Shown in pieces: positions 26,738 through 33,829 of a DNA stretch of 47,514 bases. A program made the position numbers and the translations under genes. This DNA is from Acidimicrobiia bacterium. Its GTDB lineage: Bacteria; Actinomycetota; Acidimicrobiia; Spongiisociales; ZC4RG35. The notes beneath the pieces were generated by a model that saw nothing but the letters and a program-made list of their open reading frames with translations, was not told the origin of the DNA and ran no database searches. The stretch covers positions 1-47,514 of the forward strand of contig JAWWBL010000002.1 in NCBI GenBank assembly GCA_033720975.1. The letters are read 5' to 3'. Every line of letters starts with the position of its first letter. Within the stretch, counting starts at the first letter, position 1.

Positions 26738-27756
26738 CCGACTGGTGGCGGGGAGACCTTGGCCTCCTCGTCACCTTCGACCGGCATCTCGTCGGTTCCC
26801 CCGTCACCGGCGGTGTCGTCAGCGGGCGCTTCGACCAGGCCGCAGTCGACAACGGCTGTCTCAGGGTCTTCTCCACCGAACCGCACCCGTTCGAATGCTG
26901 CAACAGCGGCTATCTGCTCCTCCGTGAGGCTGGCAGCGAAGGCTGGCATTCCACCCCGGACCGTCTTGTTGGTGTCTCCGTAGGTTCCTCCTGCAAAGCC
27001 TGGAGAACCGAGTGTCACCCATTCGATGTGGTCGGTGCATGCTCCAAACGTGGTCAAGACCCCGGTCAGCGCCGGGAAGTTCCCGGCACCCTGACCGCTA
27101 CCCCCGTGGCAACCCGCGCAGTTGACACCGGCGACGGCTCCGCCTCCATATATCTCCTGACCGAGGGCTATGAAGTCCTGCCCTCCGCCTCCTACCGCCT
27201 GACCGGTGAATGCCGATCCGTCGCAGTTCACGATGTCACCCGTGACCACGTCGGCTCGCAACTCGGTTCCCTCGCCGCACGCTCCGGTGGTCGAGCCGCC
27301 CAAGGCGAACAAGGCGAACAAGGGAGCTATGAACAGGACGGAGGCGAGCCACCGCGGCATGCGGAAGTTGGTGCGCTCTCTGATGCCCGCTGTGGGGACC
27401 GTGATCACGTCCGGGAGGTTGACTGCTTCTGCTGCCGTCACCTCCGGAGGCACCGGGGCCCTTCCCACGGCCGCGGGTGTCGGGTCGGAAACGGCGGGAG
27501 TTGGCGCTGGTGCCGGTGCGGCGGATGGTGTGGGCATCTCCACTGTCTCTTCATGATCCGGTGATTCGGCCTCGGCCGGGGCGGGCTGTACTTGGCTCGC
27601 TGGCGACGGAGTGTCGAGAGGTGCTCCGCCGGCCCAGGCGGAGAGGATGTCCTCGACGCTTGCCCCCGTCTCGGCGGCTCGAGCCTCAGCCGAGCGTTGT
27701 GTGAGCGACTCGGGAATTCCAAGAGCTGCGGCGGCGGCGCTGAGGACATCGCTCAT
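26734..27756 (-). CDS. Membrane-anchored class I monohaem cytochrome c with conserved cytoplasmic N-terminal module
   Basis: From ATG 27756 (MSDVLSAAAAALGIPESL...): Pro/Ala-rich linker, TM helix, CAGCHGG haem motif, GGMPAF Met ligand, acidic tail. Confidence 0.8.
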   Translation of the reverse strand: MSDVLSAAAAALGIPESLTQRSAEARAAETGASVEDILSAWAGGAPLDTPSPASQVQPAPAEAESPDHEETVEMPTPSAAPAPAPTPAVSDPTPAAVGRAPVPPEVTAAEAVNLPDVITVPTAGIRERTNFRMPRWLASVLFIAPLFALFALGGSTTGACGEGTELRADVVTGDIVNCDGSAFTGQAVGGGGQDFIALGQEIYGGGAVAGVNCAGCHGGSGQGAGNFPALTGVLTTFGACTDHIEWVTLGSPGFAGGTYGDTNKTVRGGMPAFAASLTEEQIAAVAAFERVRFGGEDPETAVVDCGLVEAPADDTAGDGGTDEMPVEGDEEAKVSPPPVG

Positions 27757-27757
27757 G

Positions 27758-28507
27758 TCAGTTCCCATCGCTCTGGGATCGTGATAGATACTCGACGAGA
27801 GCCGACAAATCCTGGGGTGACAGAGAATGGGCCGGGTGGGTGCCGAGGCCGCCGACGATCGCCTCCAACTGGCCCGAGGTCAGCCTTGCCCCAACGTTCG
27901 CCAGATCGGGGCCAAACCTTCGTGTGCCCAACACCTGGTTCGAGTCGTTGAGCGTGACGTCTCCCAGGCCCACATCCGCGACGACAGGTCTCACCATCTG
28001 GGTGTGACATGCGGCACATCCAAGGCTCAGGTAGATGTCTCTGCCCTCGAGCGCCGTCTCGGAGTACGAGATCGCGCTCGTCCGGGCGCCTGGCTCGTCA
28101 GCGAGCGATGCCGGCCCGACGAGGCCTATCAAGGCGATGACTGCGAAGAGCCCGATCGCGCCCACCAGCACACCGACCGGATTGTCTTTTACCCCCACAA
28201 GGACAGGCGGCTTGTACCGGCCGACGGGGATCGGTGCCTCAGGCTGGGGGGTGTCCGGGACGGGGATGTCGATCACGGGAGCCGTGGTGACAGGTTCGGG
28301 ATCCGCAGCAGCCTCGTCCTCTTCGGGAGCCGTGGCTGCCGGTGAAGGCTCCTGTGTTGTCGCCGGCGGCGGCGCCCCGCCAGCCCAGGCGGAGAGGATT
28401 TCGTCGAGGCTCGCCCCGGTTTCGGCGGCGCGAGCTTCGGCAGATCGTTGGGTCAAGGACTCTGGTATGCCAAGGGCGGCGGCAGCGGCGCTGACCAGAT
28501 CACTCAT
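27758..28507 (-). CDS. CcoO-like monohaem cytochrome c (cbb3 oxidase subunit II homologue) with the same N-terminal module
   Basis: From ATG 28507 (MSDLVSAAAAALGIPESL...): TM helix, LEGRDIYLSLGCAACHTQMVRP and GTRRFGPDLANVG as in CcoO. Overlaps the upstream gene by 8 nt. Confidence 0.75.
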   Translation of the reverse strand: MSDLVSAAAAALGIPESLTQRSAEARAAETGASLDEILSAWAGGAPPPATTQEPSPAATAPEEDEAAADPEPVTTAPVIDIPVPDTPQPEAPIPVGRYKPPVLVGVKDNPVGVLVGAIGLFAVIALIGLVGPASLADEPGARTSAISYSETALEGRDIYLSLGCAACHTQMVRPVVADVGLGDVTLNDSNQVLGTRRFGPDLANVGARLTSGQLEAIVGGLGTHPAHSLSPQDLSALVEYLSRSQSDGN

Positions 28508-29975
28508 CGTCGACCCCCTTGGAGACGAGCAGTTCCTGTGTCGTGGCCTTCCCGCTGGTGATGGTGCCGAGGACGACGGACGCGTAGGCGAGGTGACCGA
28601 GAAGAGTGACGATTGCAAACAACGCACCGAGAAGCAGAAGGGTGTCCGCGGTAGCGCCCACGCCCGCGCCCCATCCTTCGCCAAAGTCGGCGTAGGCCGC
28701 GGAGTTACTGCCGGCCGTCCACGAATAACCCGTCACCGCACCTGCGGTCGCGAGTGTCACCAAAGTGCCCACAGAACCGACGAGTGTGTACCTGACAAAG
28801 GACCGGACCCGATCACCGGAGTGAATCTCCCGGCCGACAAGCCGAGGAAGAGCCGACAGTGACGTGGCGGCTACGAGCAGGGCCCCAACCCCTGCCATCC
28901 AGGCGATTTCGATTCCCTCCCAGAATGACGTGAGAGCGGTCACAGCCGCTGCGGACCGGAAACCGGCGACAGCTGCAAGGGCCGCAACGATCGCGGCCAA
29001 GTAGAGACCGATGACGCCGGCACGTACCCCGTGGTTAGTCCCAAGATCGCCCCACGACCCCTCGAGGGTCAAAGAGACATTGGCGGCGTTTGCAAGTGCG
29101 GCCACGGGAAGCGCGAGTCCCAGTGCCGCAACGACCCCGGATATCCAATCTGGCCCCGGGCCGAATGTCAGTTGAGCCAGGCCCCACCACACGGAGGCGA
29201 AGCCCAGAGACCAAAGACCGACAAGGGCGAGCTGTCGGCTCGCAAGCGGAGCATCGAGCTCCTTGACCACCGCGTAGTAGAGAAGCCCAGTTCCCAGCGT
29301 GAGCAGCACCATCGTGACCATTCCGCCCGACACGAACATGTCGACGTATGCGACCTGGACCGCCTCGAGAAGGGGCAGATGGCCCACCAGGTTGGCCAGG
29401 AAGAGAAGAGGCATCCAGACCGTCCCGGCGATGACGAACCAGACTGTGACATAGCTGCGTGGCTCAGTCCTGACAGCGATCGTTCGAAGGGCTGTCAGCG
29501 CGGGAATGGACAATGTGCCCAGCATGGGGATGTCGAGCCACCACGGAAGACCAAAGGGCTGCCGGCCGGAGCCAAAGCCAAAACCTATCGCCACGACGCC
29601 GGCCGTCACTATGCCAGCCATGCCCAACAAGCCCAGACGGGCCAGGCCGGTGGAGGAAAGTCGGGCCCCGGTGAGCCGAGGGAGCACGTAGTAGACGCCA
29701 CCGACTAGTGAGATCACACCAAAGCCGATCACCAGGGAGAGGTTGGCCATCGGTTCCACGCGGCCGAAGGAGACGGGGATCAGGTCCCCGAACCTCAGCG
29801 CCACCAGTGACAAAACCGAGAGGAGGCTGCCCAATATGAGAAAGACTGCACCAACCACGAAGTGGCTGACGGCTAACCGATCTTCGCCGGCTCCTCCGCC
29901 GAGCAGCGTTCGGATGTCAGTTGTCTCGGTCTCGGCCAACGGTCTCCCCGCGGATGATGGGACGGCGGGGAGCAT
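28500..29975 (-). CDS. CcoN-fold (haem-copper oxidase subunit I-like) membrane protein lacking the canonical His ligands
   Basis: 491 aa, multi-TM. Segments SFGRVEPMANLSLVIGFG, GLLYYAVVKE and FGPGPDW parallel CcoN signatures, but only 5 His are present and none is in an HH or HxH arrangement. Confidence 0.65.
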   Translation of the reverse strand: MLPAVPSSAGRPLAETETTDIRTLLGGGAGEDRLAVSHFVVGAVFLILGSLLSVLSLVALRFGDLIPVSFGRVEPMANLSLVIGFGVISLVGGVYYVLPRLTGARLSSTGLARLGLLGMAGIVTAGVVAIGFGFGSGRQPFGLPWWLDIPMLGTLSIPALTALRTIAVRTEPRSYVTVWFVIAGTVWMPLLFLANLVGHLPLLEAVQVAYVDMFVSGGMVTMVLLTLGTGLLYYAVVKELDAPLASRQLALVGLWSLGFASVWWGLAQLTFGPGPDWISGVVAALGLALPVAALANAANVSLTLEGSWGDLGTNHGVRAGVIGLYLAAIVAALAAVAGFRSAAAVTALTSFWEGIEIAWMAGVGALLVAATSLSALPRLVGREIHSGDRVRSFVRYTLVGSVGTLVTLATAGAVTGYSWTAGSNSAAYADFGEGWGAGVGATADTLLLLGALFAIVTLLGHLAYASVVLGTITSGKATTQELLVSKGVDDE

Positions 29976-30110
29976 AACTTGTCGGTGGATCGAACCTCAT
30001 TACGACCAGACCGCAAGCGCATCCGGGCAGCGACGGGTTGCCGCCGCGAGTCGTTCGTGTGGTAGAAACGCTCCTACAAGCAAACCGACCCGGGCCACTA
30101 CCAAGGAAAC

Positions 30111-30740
30111 ATGTACCGCCTCGCGGAACTCACCGACAGCCGACGAAAGCTCATTGGTGCGACCCTGCTCGTTTTGGGGCTCGTTGGGCTGGCTCTTGCA
30201 GTGTTTTGGATCCATTGGTCTTCGTACCCCGAGACAGAGCTCGTTGACGGGGTAGCGGTGCCGTACGTGGTGGATCACTTCAACTGGTTCCCTCGCGGAG
30301 CTTTGTGGAAGGGGATCGGCTACTTGATCGCGGGTGGCGCCGCGACCTTCGCAATGATCGGAGCTGCATTCCTATGGGTCCTGAATCAGAAGATGACATG
30401 GGCCCGCGCCACGATCGCCGCGATGATCGCCTGGTTTGCTCTCGTTTTCTTCTTTGGCATTGTCCCGTCAGAATGGCTCAACTTCGCACAGACGGACCTC
30501 GAATGGGGCAACGATCCGGCCATCACGATTCCTCCGTTCCTCGTGCTTGGCAACGAAGTCTCCCTCAGTTGGGCGGCGATCAAGGACTCGATCTCGATGG
30601 GATATCACCTGGTCATGCTCGGAGTGGCAGGGGCCCTCGCCATCGGGATCCAGAAGATGAAGGACGGACGGCCTGCCCACAAACAGCCTGACGCGCTCAC
30701 TTCTCCCTACGGCAGGCCTTTGGTGAAGGGCGAGCGCTGA
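30111..30740 (+). CDS. Multi-pass membrane protein, first gene of the Rieske/cytochrome b operon
   Basis: 209 aa, AAGGAA upstream of the ATG, 4-5 hydrophobic segments. Its stop overlaps the start of the ferredoxin-type gene. Confidence 0.6.
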   Translation: MYRLAELTDSRRKLIGATLLVLGLVGLALAVFWIHWSSYPETELVDGVAVPYVVDHFNWFPRGALWKGIGYLIAGGAATFAMIGAAFLWVLNQKMTWARATIAAMIAWFALVFFFGIVPSEWLNFAQTDLEWGNDPAITIPPFLVLGNEVSLSWAAIKDSISMGYHLVMLGVAGALAIGIQKMKDGRPAHKQPDALTSPYGRPLVKGER

Positions 30741-31189
30741 TGCCTAAGGGAGTCGTCGATGAGACGCCGCCGATCCGCGATGACTATCAGCTCGCCCTCG
30801 TGGAGGGTGACTACTTCAAGGACAAGCTCAGGCCAAAGCAGTTCCTCCACATCGACCAATCGGAGTGCATCCTTTGCGAAGGGTGTGTGGACATTTGTCC
30901 TTGGAAGTGCATTCACTACCTGTCGCTTGACGCCATAGACGAAGCAGTCAACGTCGACCATCCGGCCGAGGACGGTCAGAACCTCGGGTTCTTCATCGTT
31001 GACGAAGACGAGTGCACACGCTGTGCGCTCTGCATCGACCGGTGCCCGACCAATGTCATCACGCTGGGCAAGTTCGAGGGCTCTCTCGCGGATCAAGCCG
31101 GACAATTGGGTCTTGACCGCCGGCCGTGGGACTTCGACACAGGACAGCGTGACTTCAAGAACGGTTACTCGTACGGTATGCGGTGGTAG
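30740..31189 (+). CDS. 2x[4Fe-4S] ferredoxin-type protein
   Basis: 149 aa with two CxxCxxCxxxCP motifs (CILCEGCVDICP, CTRCALCIDRCP) and no TM segment. Confidence 0.8.
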   Translation: MPKGVVDETPPIRDDYQLALVEGDYFKDKLRPKQFLHIDQSECILCEGCVDICPWKCIHYLSLDAIDEAVNVDHPAEDGQNLGFFIVDEDECTRCALCIDRCPTNVITLGKFEGSLADQAGQLGLDRRPWDFDTGQRDFKNGYSYGMRW

Positions 31190-31201
31190 GGCGAGGTAGG
31201 A

Positions 31202-31990
31202 ATGGCTAACGGAAACGACAAGACCTCTCTCCGCGAGAGGATCGGCGAGAAGGTCGGAGAGACGACCGAGAAATTGTGGAAGTCTCAACTCGCCGAAGCG
31301 ATTCTGCGTCCCGGCTCACCGTTCAAGCAGGGCTATTCGGACAGCCCGCGCAACCGCTCATATGTCGTCATGAACAACGTGCTCTATCACCTCCACCCGG
31401 TCAAGGTGAAGCGTCACGGCGTCAAGCTCTCCTACACCCTCTGCCTCGGCGGGCTGAGTTTCTTCTTGTTCATCCTCTTGACGATCACGGGCATCTTCCT
31501 GATGTTCTATTACACACCTACCGCCGAGTTGGCCTATGCCGACATCGAACGGCTCTCGACGGATGTTGCCTTCGGGTCGCTGGTCAGGAACCTCCACCGC
31601 TGGGGCGCCCATCTCATGGTCCTGTCGGTCTTCCTGCACATGAGCCGGGTCTTCTACCACGGCGCCTACAAACCACCTCGAGAGTTCAACTGGGTCATTG
31701 GCGTGATCCTTCTCTTCCTCACGCTGCTGCTGTCATTCTCGGGCTACCTACTCCCCTGGGACCAGCTGGCCTTGTGGGCCGTGACAGTCGGAACCAACAT
31801 GGCCGGGTTCGTCCCTGTCGTCGGGTCCCAGGTGAAGTTCTGGTTCCTGGCAGGCGTGGAGGTGAGCGGCGCGACGCTGCTTCGCTTCTATGTGCTCCAC
31901 GTTCTCGCGTTCCCCTTCATCATCGTGATATTCATGGCAGTCCACTTCTGGCGTGTCCGCAAGGACGGCGGGATATCCGGGCCTCTTTAA
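31202..31990 (+). CDS. Cytochrome b6-type protein (N-terminal four-helix half of cytochrome b)
   Basis: 262 aa. Haem ligand pairs in [11 protein letters not shown] and VLHV...[17 protein letters not shown] (LPWGQ-like), and TLCLGG matching the YCLGG haem-ci Cys context. Confidence 0.85.
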   Translation: MANGNDKTSLRERIGEKVGETTEKLWKSQLAEAILRPGSPFKQGYSDSPRNRSYVVMNNVLYHLHPVKVKRHGVKLSYTLCLGGLSFFLFILLTITGIFLMFYYTPTAELAYADIERLSTDVAFGSLVRNLHRWGAHLMVLSVFLHMSRVFYHGAYKPPREFNWVIGVILLFLTLLLSFSGYLLPWDQLALWAVTVGTNMAGFVPVVGSQVKFWFLAGVEVSGATLLRFYVLHVLAFPFIIVIFMAVHFWRVRKDGGISGPL

Positions 31991-32000
31991 GGAACATCGA

Positions 32001-32951
32001 ATGGTTGAGATTCCAGAAGACCTGTTGAGGAGATCGGCCGAGGCCAAGGCCAAGGCCCTTGGCGTCCCGGTTGAAGACGTCTTGGCCGAGATGAAAGGGG
32101 AGGGCCCGCCGGTCGAGGTCCCACAACCCGAGCCGGTTGCAAAGCCGGCGGCCGGTGAGTCGACGGACGAAGAGATGCCGGTCGAAGAGGCCGGGACGGT
32201 CTCGTCACTTGAAGAGCCGGAGTCAAAGGGCGCCGGCTCCGAGCCTGACATGACCCCTGAGCCTGCTGATCCTGGGGATGTCGAAGCCTCCGAGACGGAG
32301 CCCGCATCCTCTGTAGCGACGATGGAGGCCCCGCCCCCGGCCGGCGACGGCAATGGCTCTGGAAACGGCAAGGTGGCGACTTCGGTCACGCCGCGACCGA
32401 CCGCCAGCCCCGCAGGCCTGCCCGAAGGGGTCAGGACCCAGCGGCTGCTGACCGTCGTCAAAGCTCGGGCGATTCAGGACGTCAAGACCGAGCCGCAGGA
32501 CAAGGTCAACACTTGGCCTCACCTGATGCTGATGGAGTTCGGCGCGCTGCTTCTCATAACGGGGCTCTTGATCATCATGTCGGTCGTCATCCACTCGCCC
32601 CTCCTCGACCCGGCCAATGTCAACGCGACCCCGAACCCGTCCAAAGCGCCCTGGTACTTCCTGGGGCTCCAGGAGCTTCTGTCGTACTTCGATCCGCAGA
32701 TCGCGGGGGTGACGATCCCGACCATCACTGGGATGATCGGCTTCATGATGGTCCCCTTCGTCGACAAGAACCCGTCCAACCGCCCATCGGATCGGAAATT
32801 CGCCATCGTGTTGTACACGATCTTCCTGGCCGGCTCGGCGACGCTCACGATCTTCGGGGTTTTGTTCCGGGGCAAGGGTTTCAACTTCTCTTATCCGTGG
32901 AAGGACGGGATCTTCTTCGATGACTTGAAAGACTGGGTGCACTTCGAGTGA
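32001..32951 (+). CDS. Subunit IV-type protein (C-terminal half of cytochrome b) with N-terminal module and acidic linker
   Basis: From ATG 32001 (MVEIPEDLLRRSAEAKAKALGVPVEDVLAEM...): about 150-aa acidic/Pro-rich linker, then three TM helices with SKAPWYFLGLQELL (PEWY-type motif). Confidence 0.8.
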   Translation: MVEIPEDLLRRSAEAKAKALGVPVEDVLAEMKGEGPPVEVPQPEPVAKPAAGESTDEEMPVEEAGTVSSLEEPESKGAGSEPDMTPEPADPGDVEASETEPASSVATMEAPPPAGDGNGSGNGKVATSVTPRPTASPAGLPEGVRTQRLLTVVKARAIQDVKTEPQDKVNTWPHLMLMEFGALLLITGLLIIMSVVIHSPLLDPANVNATPNPSKAPWYFLGLQELLSYFDPQIAGVTIPTITGMIGFMMVPFVDKNPSNRPSDRKFAIVLYTIFLAGSATLTIFGVLFRGKGFNFSYPWKDGIFFDDLKDWVHFE

Positions 32952-33826
32952 CGTTCACAAACACGATCCTGATCGCCGTCGCCCTTTTTGCCATCCTCGC
33001 CGCGGCTGGTGCCTTCACGATTGCCTTCCGCCGCGCCAGGAGCGAGCGGCCCTCCGATCCGACCGACGGGGTTTCTGCCGAGACCATTAAGGCAGACCGG
33101 TCGATGGAGGGGGTCGAGGTCGTCGCCGTGGAGCCCGAGCCCGAGGCTGACGTCGTCCAGTCGGTCGAGGAGGGCGACGAGGAGCCGCAGCTGGAGCCGG
33201 CGGGCGTCGGCGTTGCCGTCATCGAGGAACAGCGGATTGTCGAAGTGACCCCTGAAGAGGGCGGCGTGACCCGCAGACAGTTCTTCAACAGGGCGATCAC
33301 CGCAACTTTCGGATCGTTCATGGGGCTGATGGGCCTGTATTCACTCGTCTTCACCTGGCCGAAGCTCTCGGGCGGGTTCGGGACTGACGTCGACGCAGGT
33401 GAGCTCGGCGAGGTTCAGGGCTCGGTGTTCGCTGCCGACGGGTCGATCCTGCCGCTGTTCGTCCCGGAGGCGAGGGCATACGTGGTTCCCTCCCCGACGA
33501 ACCTCTCGAAGCAGTTCGAGGGTCGGAGGGTGGAGGCCGGAGGGCTCATGGCGCTGTTCCAAAGATGCGTTCACCTGGGTTGCCGTGTCCCGTGGTGCGG
33601 GCCGTCCCAGGGATTCGAATGCCCGTGCCACGGTTCGAAGTACAACTCGATTGGCGAGTACTTCGCCGGGCCCGCTCCCAGAAACCTCGACCGTTTCGAG
33701 GTCGAAGTCGTCGGTGGCCGATTCATCATCAAGACCGGCTCGATCGTCGAGACTCCGCGGGCTTCGGCGCTCTCATCGGCGTATCCGAGGGGGCCGAGTT
33801 GTATTGGCGCGACCGCTGAGGCTTAG
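32948..33826 (+). CDS. Rieske [2Fe-2S] protein
   Basis: 292 aa, GTG start overlapping the previous stop. CVHLGC and CPCHGS cluster motifs, plus an internal twin-arginine motif TRRQFFNRAI after an N-terminal TM helix and acidic linker. Confidence 0.85.
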   Translation: MTFTNTILIAVALFAILAAAGAFTIAFRRARSERPSDPTDGVSAETIKADRSMEGVEVVAVEPEPEADVVQSVEEGDEEPQLEPAGVGVAVIEEQRIVEVTPEEGGVTRRQFFNRAITATFGSFMGLMGLYSLVFTWPKLSGGFGTDVDAGELGEVQGSVFAADGSILPLFVPEARAYVVPSPTNLSKQFEGRRVEAGGLMALFQRCVHLGCRVPWCGPSQGFECPCHGSKYNSIGEYFAGPAPRNLDRFEVEVVGGRFIIKTGSIVETPRASALSSAYPRGPSCIGATAEA

Positions 33827-33829
33827 AGC

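Noticed and set aside
29976-30110. Rex operator or other obvious palindromic operator in the divergent control region of the respiratory island.
   Set aside because: No TTGTGAA/TTCACAA-type half-sites or clear inverted repeats were seen on reading the 135-bp region.
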